NCBI RefSeq assembly: GCF_902713615.1
Contig: NW_024055751.1
Location: 950,672-1,014,671, forward strand
Origin: Scyliorhinus canicula
Taxonomy: Eukaryota
Direction of reading: 5' to 3'
DNA: 64,000 bases
Shown: piece by piece, positions 46,876 to 60,189 of the stretch
Numbering within the stretch: the first letter of the stretch is position 1
Layout of the letters: each line of letters opens with the position of its first letter
Program-made: the position numbers and the translations under genes
The notes under the pieces: generated by a model
What the model saw: the letters and a program-made list of their open reading frames with translations, nothing else
Told to the model about the DNA's origin: nothing
Databases searched by the model: none

Positions 46876-49822
46876 TCATCTTTTAATTGATTTTACAAAC
46901 ACTGCGATGGGATATTTCACCACAAGCATCAACTGCTCTCTGAATCTCGTCTGCGTCACAGCATAAATACAAGTGTTTGTGCAGCAACTAAGGAGCTGCA
47001 GCATGAAGCCCATTTCCAGAACAAAGTCAGGAAACCGTACAGATTCATATCCCAGAACCCACATTCGCCACCATATAGAGTAAACCATAAACATTGTCCA
47101 TAAGAGCATGAAATTCGCCGAGATAACAAATAGCAAAATGATGGATTTCCTTCGGCTTTCCATCTCTGGGTCTCTCATACTCTCTCCACTGCTGTGATTC
47201 CGGAGTCTCCGCCGGGCTCTGCTGGACACTAATACGTGTCTGATGGTTAAACTGTTGAGAAACAATATCAGAATAAACGGGACACACGGGGTAACGATAT
47301 TATGAAGAAATTCGATTGTGGCCCAGAATTGAGACTCCATAACACCGCTTCTCACCTCACAAAACCAAGGGAAATTGATAAGCCAATATCTTGGTGATAG
47401 CATGTAATACCAGAAAACATTCTTTAAGCAACTCAGCACGGTCACTGTACCCAGGACAACAAGTGTGATTTTCACAGTGCAATATTTATCTTTCCATTTC
47501 TGGCAACAAATGGCTACAAATCTATCAAACGTGAAACTGACAGTGAACCAGACCGAGCAGTCTGTGGTTGCATAAAGCACAACGGCGTGAATATTACACA
47601 CATGAATGTCATACACAAAAGAAAACTGTTTCCAATAAAGAACAGGAATGTGCCTCAATATCAGGTCAATGATAACGACCAGTAGATCCGCTGCTGCCAT
47701 GGCCACCAGATAGTAAGTGACACATTTAGAGAGACCACATTTACCACGACACAGGATCACAATTGTTACCAAGTTAACTGTATGGAAGAGAAAAAGAACA
47801 GAACATTACAAATCACGCATTTTTATTCTTTCACAGGGTTTGGGCGCCGACGACTTATTCAGCATTAGTGTTCATCCCTAATTGCCCTTGTGAAGGTGGC
47901 GACGAATTACCTCATTGAACTGTTACAGTCTCTGTGGTGTAATTACACCCAAAATGCTATTATCAATTCCACTGAGCAATTCCTAAAGTTTGTAAACGTG
48001 CAATTCGATGGAGTGATGAATGGAAATTAACAGAACAATAATTGTCTTCTTTTCGCTGACACTGCGGCATACAATTTTCTCAAAACAGCCGTAAAACAGA
48101 AATGATCTTTTGGGATAAAATACCAAATTGTTGGCTTTCTGCTTTCTCAAACAGCTATCAATTGGATTGCTTATTGAAATTAAAATTAAGAAAACTCATT
48201 ATTTTGTAACTGGGTGTGATATCTAATGTCAGCTGATTACACACATTTTCTATCGGAACGTTTCGAGATTGCTAATGGTATGGATACATTTCGCTGAAAT
48301 CTAGAAACCATTTCAATGAAAGTAATAAGTTCATGTAGTTTTTAAAACATCCAGGGGCTTGGAAATTTGCAACGAGTAACTCAGCTCTTGACGCTCAAAG
48401 CCTGTCCACTGACAACAAGGCACATGTCAGAAATGTGATTGCATACTCCCCAATAACCTCGATGATTGCAGCTCCAACATCACTGAAGAAACTTTACACC
48501 ATCCAGGTCAAAGCTGCACGCTTGATTGGCACCCCTTCATAAGCACCCATTCACTCCAGCACCGCCCCATACTAGCAGCAGTGTGTACCATCTCCAGCAT
48601 ACTCTGCACGACTCACCAAGGCTCCTGTGGCAGCAGCTTTCAAACCCACGGCTACGACCATCTAGAAAGTCAACGGCAACAGATATGTGGGAACACGGCC
48701 ACCTGAAGGTTCCTCTTCAAGTCACTCACCATCTTGACTTGCAAATGTATCTCAGTTCCTTCACTGTAGCTGGGTCAAAGTCCTGGAACTCCCTCCCTAA
48801 TCGCAGAGTGAATATACCTGCATCACGTGCACTGCAGCGTTTCAAGAAGAAGCTCAACACGAGATTCTGATGGACAATTAGAGATGGGCAACACATACTG
48901 GCCTAGTCAGCGAAGCCTCACATCCAATAAAAATAATTTTGAAACTTCATGAGTTTCCTAACTTGGAGACTCAGGCAGAATGCCAAAGTTCTCTATAAAT
49001 CATATAATGGCATGCTAACCAGATACAAGCATTCAGTGAGGAAGACACAAAACATTTAAGCACTAAAATAATTGGGAGATCCCTTCAGCAGCTGCCAGGA
49101 AATTCAATTATTTCAAATAACACTTGGAAGTACGTAAATTGAAAAGTCAAAGAAAAATAATCCACTTAACTGTGGATGATAATTCAAGATTATTACAACA
49201 TTAAAACATATAGAAAAATGAATCGCGATTTGAGTTTGAAGGTTGGAAAAGGAATTTGCGATGTGTCATACTGAACCATACAGCTATTAGAGCGTGATTT
49301 TCCAACAACTACATGTAATCTATTAGCCCGGAGTGTTTTCTCAAATTCGGGACACATATTTATATTTATCCAAATAGAGTTCCGATTTCTAAATGGTTGA
49401 CGCTCCAAGCATACTTTAATCTAAAACCGAAAAACATGTAGCAGTAAGAACGTACCATTCATTGTTCTCATTTCAACAAATTGTTTCCAGAGCAATAATT
49501 AAACAAACGACAATTGATACAAAGCGAAACCAGTGCGAAAAATGGCAGCAGTGTATAGATCGACTTCTTAAAAAAGCCGAGAACAGCAATGATGTGATAG
49601 ATTATACATGGAATTGATAGTTGTATCTGCGAGAAACACGAATCAATAATGAGATAATAATCGTCAAAAATATTAATAGAGTTAAGCATAGCTTATCGAA
49701 TTAATAGCTGAATAGAGAGACTCACTTGGTACACCAATAACAGCCAGGGTGGGATAGAGCACCTCCTGAAATTCAATGAGAAAATTTGTTATCTGCCCGT
49801 TTAGTGAAAGACTCTTTGCCAT
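46876..49822 (-). CDS. Two-exon class A GPCR, GPR139/GPR142-like, 332 aa (exon 1 49822-49726, exon 2 47777-46876)
   Basis: MAKSLS...LYPTLAVIGVP|INLVTIVIL... spliced in phase 1 (GTGAGT/TACAG). LVAMAAADL (TM2), FTFDRFVAIC (DRY-like) and NTCIY (NPxxY-like), with seven hydrophobic segments and no stops. Confidence 0.9.
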
Positions 49823-50059
49823 TTTCAGCCTCTCTGTCGAGTGTTCGATCCCTGTTCGTCCCGGAGGTGATGCCCTCACCCACATTGTGGAATGGCACAT
49901 CGCAAGTTTTCCTTATTAATAGAGAAGGAAAACCCTCTGTGGACACAAGCGTGGTCTATCGAGACCGACTTTAGTACAGTCACTGAACAAACATTGTCTA
50001 TTAACCATACTGAAGCCAACAGCATTATTGTTACTTTATGTGGAATTAAGCTCTATTAT

Positions 50060-50368
50060 TTCATAGAATTTACAGTGCAGAGGGAGGTCATTCGGCCCAT
50101 CGCATCTGCACCGGCTCTTGGAAAGAGCACCCTGCTTAAGCCCACACCTACACCCTGTCCCCGTAACGCAGTAACCCTATCTAACTAAGGGCAAATTAGC
50201 ATGGCCAATCCACCTAACCAGCACAACTCTGGACTGTGGGAAGAAACCGGAGCACCCGGAGGAAACCCACGCAGACACGGGGAGACTCCGCACAGACAGT
50301 TACCCAAACAGGAATCGAACCTGGGATCCTGGCGCTGTGAAGCTAACCACTATGCTACCCTGCTGCCC
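50060..50368 (-). mobile_element. HE1-type SINE
   Basis: GGGCAGCAGGGTAGCATAGTGGTTAGC head and typical body. Confidence 0.8.
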
Positions 50369-52203
50369 AAAACACAATGTTCACAATCCTCCAGTTCAAC
50401 ACATAAAACGGCTTGCAGACTATCTATGTACTTGCAAATCGCACACGGAGGCAAATGGTCATAGATAGCAAGAGAGCGCGACAGGAAATAAAGAAAGAAA
50501 CCTATCAATAAGGAACGAAATTTTATCGATACGAAACGAAATCGTCTTTATTTGCCCTATCAAACAGTTTCAGGGCAGGGACTATACATATATTACACAA
50601 CAAAATATCTCCCTCCTCACTGCCCAATCAGTAGCGCACACGTCTTAGTTACCTAATAAAGTTCCAGTGCACTGTCCCATAAAATACTTCAATGGCAGAT
50701 AGAGCAGGAAACAGCTGCAGGGAAATTCTCCCTCTGCATTCAGCGGCAAAAACTGCCAGGGCAGCTACAACGGGGCCGAATACTGTTTCGACGAGCTCTG
50801 ATTTTGTGTGAAATTGAGAGAAATGTAATTGCAATTTTTAAAAAACGGTGAAATTATATTTGATTCTATTAAATAACACGGTTCACATTTAATTATGTTT
50901 GTTGAAGATTTTTACTTGCTCGGTTATTTCAGCGGGCAGTGAAAAACCACATGTTGAGACAGATTTAGGTCAGCCCAGTTCAGAGTGACAGATTTCCTTC
51001 CATAAAGAGCACAAATGAATCAGTTAGGCATTTATGGACATAAAGGTGACCTTTTGACGATTACAATCACTGAATTTAGCTTCCTATTTCAAATTTCATT
51101 CGACTAACTTAGTGGCATGATTACTACGGCACCAAAACCACAGACTGGGTGGCTTTTTCCCTTGTCTTACTGCACTGTAGTACACAGCAACATCTGACTA
51201 TTAAACCAATAAGAATGCTGGAGCTTTGTCCAGGTGCACACATACTTCAAACCACTGAATGTTATCTCTGAATGACAGGAGGGACAATCGGGAACTCATT
51301 TGGAGACCTGTCTGTTTCAGAATACAGATTTTGTAAAGGCGATCGAGATGTGGTGATAAAGTGAAATGCTTTGTCCAAAAGGTCCCCGACAACACGAAAT
51401 CCGAAATCCCTCTAGCTCACAACGCAAAACTGCCAAATCAGGAACAAAACAAATATAATTATATATGGAAGGATAATTAAATAAAGTATTCGTGGATAAG
51501 GGAATAATAAATTAATTCACTTATCTCGGTGTTGTTCTATTATTTGTCCATTTGCTAATCTGTCTATCTGGATATTGTCAGTATATCTATCTACCGCTGC
51601 CCAGTCAGGTTAATCATCAGAACCACATATACCTATCACTACTACTGGTGTTTTCATCCGTCAAGATTTAAACCGCTTGTTCCTCCACCGCAGTCACCAG
51701 CTCGATTTAGGACAGTCTTTCTTACAAAGGGCCACAGTTAACATATGAGAAACGTGGGAGAGTCTCAAAGATACATCCTCCTAAGCTCACGAGAAGCAGA
51801 TGATAATAAAAGAGGAACATCCCAATTGAATGAATTATATCTCGGAATATTTATTTGAAATGGCAATAAAACCAGTTGTCCAGAACTCCATCTGTATTCT
51901 TACTTAATTCCTAATGAGGTTTAAATTAAAAGATCGCCTCACATTTGCCTTTTAACAGCCAACATTGATGTTTCACTCCGACTTGCCTGGTGTTGTTGCT
52001 GGTTAGACGTTTTCAAACTCAAAGACGATTGGTGTCTATTTATGCTGGTGGGGTTGGGTATTTTGCCTCTGTACTACAACCATTATAACTCTCTTTTCCT
52101 TTGTTCCATGACATCTTTGTCATTTAATCTCTCCTATTCTCGAACCATCGCAGACCTTCCTTTTTGTTCCCGCACCCTTTTGACAGCATATAACCCATGA
52201 TAT

Positions 52204-52530
52204 GGGCGGCACGGTGGCGCAGTGGCGGCGCCGGGGGGGGGGGGGGGGCGGGTTCGATTGCGCCTTGGGTGACTGTGCAGGGTCTGCGCGTTCTCCCCGT
52301 GTCTGCGTCGGTTTCCTCCGGGTGCTCAGTTTTCCTCCCGCCGTCCGGGGATGTGCAGGTCGGGTGGATTGGCCGTGCTAAATTGCCCCTTAGTGGTTAA
52401 AGGTTAGATGGGGTTATTGGGTTACGGGGATGGGGTGGTGGCATGGGACTTGGTGGTGTGCTCTTTCGGGGGGTCGGTGCAGACACGATGGGCCAATTGG
52501 CCTCCTTCTGCGCTGTAGGAATTCTGTTCT
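52204..52530 (+). mobile_element. HE1-type SINE (degenerate)
   Basis: GGGCGGCACGGTGGCGCAGTGG head and TTCTGTTCT tail. Confidence 0.75.
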
Positions 52531-53399
52531 AAAATTTTTACCTTCCTTCATTTCTGAAGAAAAGTCGTATTCAATGTGAAATGTTATCAGTTTCTCCCTC
52601 CACAGATGCTGTCAGACCTGCTAAGTATTTCCAGCTTTCTGTTTTTATTTCAGACTTCCAGCATTCACGATATTTGCTTTTATTAATTGCACTTTACTCT
52701 GCTTCTGTACTTGTTACATCAATCTTTACTGTGGGTCAACGGCATCAGTATTTCTTCTCTCCCAGCAAAGATAACAATGGCCCTCCAGTCAGCTATGACT
52801 CAGTAGGTAGCACTTTTACTTCAGAATTAGCAGGTCATGGGTTTATACTCCAGTCTATAGACATGAGCACAAAAGTAACCATTGGAGGCATCATCGTTCA
52901 GATGATATGGTAAAATAAACTTGCAGGTGGATGTAAAGCTGCTCATAGCCTTCTCGCCCTCTCACCTCTGGTGTATTACAGGAGGCTCACCGTATTCATT
53001 CCAAGCCCACTCAGTCAACAGCAGCAGCTTTGCCAATGATTGATGCCGTAACCTGCGTGCAGATTCATCCTGTGTCTGTTGCATTACAGAGCCATTCACT
53101 GACAGACATGGAGAGACTGAGAAATGTTCAATTGCTTCCCGTAACAGCTGATTGTACAGTTGACATATGCTCAGCTCAGTGGTGTTCCCTGAAATTAGAA
53201 TTTGCACCAGCAGACCACATACCAACTGTATAAGTATTGGTTACAGCAACCGGATGGGAATTTTTATCATTTTTTGACAAGTTGAGATAAGCCAAACATT
53301 GCTGTTTGGTTGAGAAGAAAGTGAATTTTCAATCAGCTTTAAACAAAGGTTCTACTTGTAGCTACTTGCAGCTGGAGCTTGTTAATTAGTTAATTGGAT

Positions 53400-56350
53400 T
53401 AGGTCAGTTTTCAGAGGCTCGAGTCACAGTATAAATCTGAGCTAGTTACAGTGCAGACGAGGGCTGAATTTGGGTGCATTTGAGTGCTCTCGTGAGAGTT
53501 TGATAACTAAGGGAGTTAGGTGAGGAGGTAGTCAGCTGCTCCTTTCATTTAATTTCCTACATTTCCTCAGAACGTGAAGGGAGCCCGGAGTTTACAGAGA
53601 GTGTAGCTGACTGGAGACAGAGTCGGAGGGCGGAGTTCCAGTTGGTCCACAGTGCAGCTGTATTCTGTAAGGTAAGAGGGGATGGAGGCTAGGGCAGTTG
53701 CATGCTCCCCCTGTAGGATGTGGGTGGTGAGGGATACCACCGGTGTCCCCGATGACTAAACGTGCGGGAAGTGGACCCAACTCCAGCTCCTCAGACGCTG
53801 TGTTAGGGAACTGGAGCTGGAGCTGGATGAACTTCGGATCATCTGGGGTGTCTAGGGGGTAATAGAGAAGAGTTAGAACATAGAACATAGAACAGTACAG
53901 CACAGAACAGGCCCTTCGGCCCTCAATGTTGTGCCGAGCCATGATCACCCTACTCAAACTCACGTATCCACCCTATACCCGTAACCCAACAACCCCCCCC
54001 CCCCCTTAACCGTACTTTTTTATTAGGACACTACGGGAAATTTAGCATGGCCAATCCACCTAACCCGCACATCTTTGGACTGTGGGAGGAAACCGGAGCA
54101 CCCGGAGGAAACCCACGCACACAGGGGGAGGACGTGCAGACTCCACATAGACAGTGACCCAGCCGGGAATCGAACCTGGGACCCTGGAGCTGTGAAGCAT
54201 TTATGCTAACCACCATGCTACCCTGCTGCCCTTACAGGGATGTAGCCACACCCAAGGTACAGGATAAGAGTAGCTGGGTTACAGTCAGGGGAAAGGAAAC
54301 AAACGGGCAGACAGTGCAGGGATCCCTCGTGGCTGTTCCCCTTCAAATCAAGTATAACGTTTTGGATGCTGTTTGGGGTGGATGGCCTACCGGGGGAAGG
54401 CCCTAGCGGCCAGGTCTCTGGCACTGAGTCTGGCTCAGGGGCTCAGAAGGGAAGGTGGGAGAATACAAAAGCAATAGTGACTGGAGACTCAATGGGTAGG
54501 GGAACAGGAGATTCTGCGGTCACGAGCGAGACTCCCGGAAGGTATGTTGCCTCCCGGGTGCCAGGGCCAGGGATGTTTCGGATCATGTCTTCAGGATCCT
54601 TAAGGGGGAGGGGGAGCAGCCAGACGGCGTGGTGCAAATTGGTATCAACGACGGAGGTAGGAAAAGGCGTGTGAAGGTAATAAACGAGTTTAGGGAGTTA
54701 GGCTGGAAGTTAAAAGCCAGGACAGACAGAGTTGACATCTCTGGTTTGTTGCTGGTGCCACGTGATAGCGACGCTAGGAATAGGGAGAGAGTGCAGTTGA
54801 ACACCTGGCTGCAGGAATGGTGGAGGAGGGAGGGCTTCAGATACTTTGATAATTGGAGCGCATTCTGGGGAAGGTGGGATCTGTACAATCAGGAGGGGTT
54901 GCATCAGAACCAGAGGGGTACCAATATCCTGGGACGGAGGTTTTCTAGCACTCTTCGGGAGGGTTTAAACTAATTTGGCAGGGGAATGGGAACTGTCGTC
55001 CAGCAACTAAGGTAGCCGATGTTGAGGATGTCAAAGCATGTAGTGACGCAGTGGGGAAGGTAACACTGACAAAGGAGAGTACTTTCAGGCACGGAGATGA
55101 GTTGAAGCGTGTATACTTCAACTCAAGAAGCATCAGGAATAAGGTGGGTGTACTTAAGGCATGGGTCGGTACTTGGGACTACGATGTGGTGGCCATCACG
55201 GAAACCTGGATAGATGAGCGGCAGAAATGGTTGATGAAGGTTCCAGGTTATTGATGTTTCAATAAGATTAGGGAGGATGGTAACAGAGGTGGGGGTTGCA
55301 TTGTTAATTAGAGATAGTATAACAGCTGCAGAAAGGCAGTTTGAGGAGGATCTGCCTACTGAGGTAGTATGGGTAGAAGTCAGAAATAGGAAAAGAGCAG
55401 TCACCTTGTTCAGAGAGTGGTGGTGGATGGCAAATATTCAGCCTCAAGCCTAGTTACCAGTGGCGTACTGCAGGCATCAGTTCTGGGCCCTCTGCTGCTT
55501 CTGATTTTCATTAATGACTTGGATGAGGGAGTTGAAGGGTGGGTCAGTAAATTTGCAGACGATACGTAGATTGGTGGTGTTCTGGATAGTGAGGAGGGCT
55601 GTTGTTGGCTGCAAAGAGACATAGATAGGATGCAGAGCAGGGCTGAGAAGTGGCAGACGGAGTTTAACCCTGAAAAGTGTGAGGTTGTCCATTTAGAAGG
55701 ACAAATATGAATGTGGAATACAGTGTTAATGGAAGGGTTCTTGGCAAAGTAGAGGAGCAGAGAGATCTTGGGGTCTATGTTCATAGATCTTTGAAAGTTG
55801 CCACTCAAGTGGGTAGAGCTGTGAAGAAGGCCTATGTTGTGCTAGCGTTCATTAGCAGAGGGATTTAATTTAAGAGCCGTGAGGTGATGATGCAGCTGTA
55901 CAAAACCTTGGTAAGGCCACATCTGGAGTACTCTGTGTAGTTCTGGTCGCCTCATTTTAGGAAGGTCGTGGAAGCCTTGGAAAAGGTGCAAAGGTGATTT
56001 ACCAGGATGTTGCCTGGAATGGAGAGTACGTCTTACGAGGAAAGGTTGAGGATGCTAGGCCTTTTCTCATTAGAACGGAGAAGGATGAGGGACGACCTGA
56101 TAGAGGTTTATAAGGTGATCAGGGGAAGAGATAGAGTAGACAGGCAGAGACTTTTTCCCGGGTGGAACAAACGATTACATGGGGACATAAACTTAAGGTG
56201 AATGGTGGAAGGTTTTGGGGGGGGGGATGTCAGATGTAGGTTATTTACCCAGAGAGTAGTGGGGGCATGGAATGCACTGGCTGTGGAAATAGTTGAGTCA
56301 TAAACATTAGGGACCTTCAAGCGGCTATTGGATAGGTTCGTGCATTAGAA
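53400..56350 (+). mobile_element. CR1 LINE, decayed: ORF1 (zinc finger and esterase-like) and internally deleted ORF2, split by a SINE
   Basis: AIVTGDSM and VQIGINDG (SGNH-like), YFNSRSIRNK...VAITETW (APE), and LYKTLVRPHLE / LFSLERRRMRDDLIEVYK (RT C-terminus). Confidence 0.85.
53874..54231 (-). mobile_element. HE1-type SINE inserted in CR1 ORF1, young
   Basis: Near-identical to 6705-7036, with an (AGAACAT)n tail. Confidence 0.88.
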
Positions 56351-56734
56351 TGATGGGGTGTAGATTAATTTGTTCGTAATCCAGGAGCAAAGGTTTGGCA
56401 CAACATTGTGGGCCGAAGGGCCTGTTCTGTGCTGTATTTCTCTGTGTTCTATGTTCTATGTCTTTGCAATGGGTACAGGAAATTATTGTAACCTCTGTTA
56501 CTTAGTGTTCTGTGCAGAGACAAATGGTGGGGATACCGAGGATGAGCAGTGTTTCAGTCCGATTTCCCTGGGCCACCGAACACAATACAGAATTAAGCGC
56601 GAACTGTATCGTTGAATAGACTAAATTTTCGCACTCTGTGCTGTTTATACCAAGGTGGTCAAAACAGGTGGTCGTTCACACCATCTGAGCCAATTTCCGA
56701 AATTTTAAAAATAAATTCAGAATGCCCGATTATT

Positions 56735-56924
56735 TTTTCCAATTAAGGGGCAATTTAGCGTGGCCTCTCCACCTAACCTGCACATCTTTGAGCTGTGAGA
56801 TGAAATCCAGGCAGACACGGGGAGAATGTGCAACTCCACACAAACAGTGACCCGGGGCCGGGATCGAATCCGGGTCCTCAGCGGCGAAGGCATCAGTGCC
56901 AACCATTGCACCACCATGCCGCCT
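56735..56924 (-). mobile_element. Short SINE
   Basis: GGCGGCATGGTGGTGCAATGG head and GGATTCGATCCCGG B box. Confidence 0.75.
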
Positions 56925-57509
56925 GCCAATCCAAATTCTAATTGTTCAATAAATGTATTAAATTCAAAATACCAAATTTGCGCGAATTAAGCTAATTGGG
57001 ATTTAAGTGATAAAAATATAGGTGAACGACACAATACTAATCGTGAATCTTAAGTGGAAATTATTTAGCTTTGGCAATTTATGTTGAAATCTGTGTCAAA
57101 GTTCATTGGTTGCTGCAAGAGGCATTGGAAAGACAATCTGCCGGTGCACCGGGGAAACCACTGAATTTTCAAATTACCCTGGCTGTTGTACCAAAAGTTC
57201 GGTTATTATTCACAAGTGTATTTATTCGGATAATTAGATAAATAGTATACTGAGTGAGACATGCTGACAAAGGCAAAGAGAAAAAGAGGAAAATCCAAAA
57301 AGTAATTGTTTAGAGCTCTCACTGATTGGTACCAAAATGTCGACAGCAACAACAAATCAGCCAACACTATCCCTGAGGAAGGTCCCCCGGTTTCTCAATA
57401 AGTGAAGTGAAGCCTGATCCTGATGCGAGCTACATTTTAATTTCATACGAGAACGATCAGCATATTTAGAATATTCTATTATTTTCTGCCGAACTGTCAA
57501 CCAGACACA

Positions 57510-57915
57510 ACATACTCCCCATGTCCCTTATTGGTACTATTGGTCTTGCTGTGTAGTGAGTCTATGTTGAAACAGTTAGTGTGCCATCTAGATCTTGTAT
57601 CTACTCTTTCCATTCAATACACTGAACAATTCTGCGCTTGTGTTACAGGAACGGGGCTCGAGGAGAGGGCAAGAAACAGGGGAGTTCTGTATCCCAGAAT
57701 TAACCTGAATTAACGGTTCGTGATGGACAGAGGATAACCATTGACTGCCATTTCTCGACAACCTACAAGAACTCAGATCTGTTCTTGTACATCGAATATT
57801 CTGGGGGAATTTCGAATTTTACTGAATATTGAGATCGGTCGTGGGTCACATGTAACTCTGCAGATTTCCAAAACAGGTTAAGTGCTATTTTGCACCAAGG
57901 AAGGGAGACATTTTC
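57510..57915 (+). pseudogene. TCR V pseudogene (same family as 34382), 3' end lost
   Basis: 46-nt leader (ATG mutated to ACA) YSPCPLLVLLVLLC|GTGAGT, acceptor at 57648, and ELTVRDGQRITIDC...DLFLYIEY...DFQNRLSAILHQG. Trp41 is changed to Leu, there is a stop, and no RSS. Confidence 0.78.
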
Positions 57916-57989
57916 AATTTGAAGTGTAGGAAGGGAAGGAAGAGACACTAGAGGTTGAGGAAGGTATTAATTGCAGACATGAACTTTAT

Positions 57990-58420
57990 GGGGAAATGCT
58001 TACATTTAAACACACTCTTCCACTATTTGAGGAAAAGGATGTGGACGCTTTCAGTATTTCATTTGAAAAGGTACCCGAACAGATGAAATGGCCAAACGAA
58101 ATGTGGACATTACATTTACAAAGTAGATTGTTAGGTCAACGCAGTGAGCCGTATGCATCATTGTCAGAAGAGGTATCTGTAGATTGTGATGTAGTAAATA
58201 AAGCTATCCTTTAGTGCATATGTGTTGGTTCCTGAGGGAGATCGGCAGAAATTTCGAAAAGCAAGAAACAGGACAAACCCATCTGCAATTCGAGAGGGTG
58301 AAGCAAATAAATTTGATCATTGGATACGGGTGTTAAAGACAGAGAAAATATATGAAGCCCTGAGAGAGGTGATTCTTTTAGAATAATTTCAAGACTCATT
58401 TCATTTGGATCCAAATCTAG
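57990..58420 (+). mobile_element. Gypsy-type LTR element gag fragment
   Basis: LPLFEEKDVDAFSISFEKV...WP...WTLHLQSRLLG...YASLS resembles fish/shark Gypsy gag (recalled). Confidence 0.6.
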
Positions 58421-59539
58421 ACTCGTCCCTTCGAGGTATGACATCAACTGGGATTGTAACATATGGCTGAGTGACCTCTATGTGTCAACATCATCTTTCT
58501 CAGGGATAATGTAAATGACTACTCGAAAAATGCAAGGATAAACTGCTGAACAGCAGCAAGATCGTTCAGCAGTTCAACCTTTCGATTATTGATCTATCAA
58601 TGTGTGGATTCTCCAGTTTTTTTCTTTGCCGCTTTGGAAAATGTTCGGTGCAAATGACAATGGCGAATGGGATTTTGAGCAATATATAGGTTTGAATGAA
58701 CAGGCAGATTGAATGCCGTGTAACAAAGTGTGGCGTTATTGACCATGGAAGGAAAACTCATGACAGCATTAGGTCTTGAATGATGGGAGAAGGGAAAACA
58801 TTTTCATTCAGTTGGACCTGTGTAACCTTATTATTGAATCACAGCAAGTTAACAGGCAGAGAGATGAATTAATTGGGAAGGCAAATTGTCAATTAGTTTT
58901 AATAACGAATGCATTAATGGATAAGGTAAAGACGTGTTATTCAAATTAGGCAGAGAATCGGTGAGCTAATATCTGAGTTGTGTATGCAGTTTTATCCTCC
59001 TGAGGTAATGTAGTCTTATTTGGCGTCCAACGAGCGCAACAATGGTTCACTGGGTGTTTTCCTTGCATGAAACAATTTTTCTATGAGGAGGGATTGAGTG
59101 GACTAGATTTGGTTTTCCAGAACTTCGAAGAATTGCGGGTTATCTAATGTTCTTCCTGGCCGGGAAAGCATACACAAAATAAATAACTTGCGATTTACGG
59201 CTGTAATGAGACGACATTTTTTCAAATCATTGTGTAACTTCTGCATTCTCGCCAACAGAGAACAGAGGAAATTCAGAAATTTCTAAAGTGACGAGAAGGG
59301 ATCTTCCCATTTAGGTTCCTCGCAGAATGTTCGCAAAGGCACCTTCCTGTCAACTCCCTCAGTCTGATTACTGACGGTGACAGAAGTACACTGAACATTT
59401 TCATTTAAATTCATATTGTAATATTGTCAGTTAGATGTGATATTTTCCGCCATCGTAGCAACCTCGGGGCCTTATCGGGGGTGAATATGGGCCCCATTCC
59501 CAAATATAAAATGAAACCCGTCGATTAATGTTTGGCTGA

Positions 59540-59735
59540 AACCGGACATTTCATGATCATCATTAGATAACACCATTTCTATTGAATTCAAATTTCACCA
59601 TAGAATAGATCTATTCTGCATAGATTCCCATAGATCACATCTGCAGTGGCGGGATTAGAATCTGGGTTCACAAGTAGGCAGGTGACTATTTTGGGTCTCT
59701 GTTCATTGACAATACCACGACGCCACCGCCTCCCC
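59540..59735 (-). mobile_element. tRNA-derived SINE of a third family (degenerate)
   Basis: GGGGAGGCGGTGGCGTCGTGGTATTGTCA head, followed by GAAATTTGAATTCAATA. Confidence 0.55.
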
Positions 59736-60189
59736 GTAAGCAGCTCTGAAATATTCATCAGGTTAACTGGAACAAGGCAGAACATGGCGTTGAGTCCCAA
59801 CTGAGTAACGAGAAAGACGATAAAAGGCGGGTATGATGGGAAATCGTGGTTCGAGGAGTAAATAAGAAGGGAAACGGGAAAAGCCGTTTCCCTTGGTACT
59901 TGTTTGAAAACTCATAGTCACTAACTCGTGAAATGTATTAACGGTGTGTAACTGTCTCCAACCCATGACCACTGATCAAATAAACTCTCCAAACATTCCG
60001 CCGTCAAAGGTTCCCTGAAACTAATACAGATGGGGAGGGGGTGGGGGTGGGGGGTGGGGGGGCAGCTGGGAAGGAAGATCAATATTACAGCCAGGCTCGG
60101 AGAACAGGAAAGGGCAATTGAAAACGAGAGAACATTACCAAACACGGCCAACTATGCGTCACCCAAACATGGCGAATTGTATGTCTATC

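Noticed and set aside
59745-59790. CTTGTTCCAG|TTAACCTGATG on the minus strand resembles the start of GPCR exon 2
   Set aside because: Similarity covers only ~15 nt and runs straight into a SINE, which is too little to call a second receptor.
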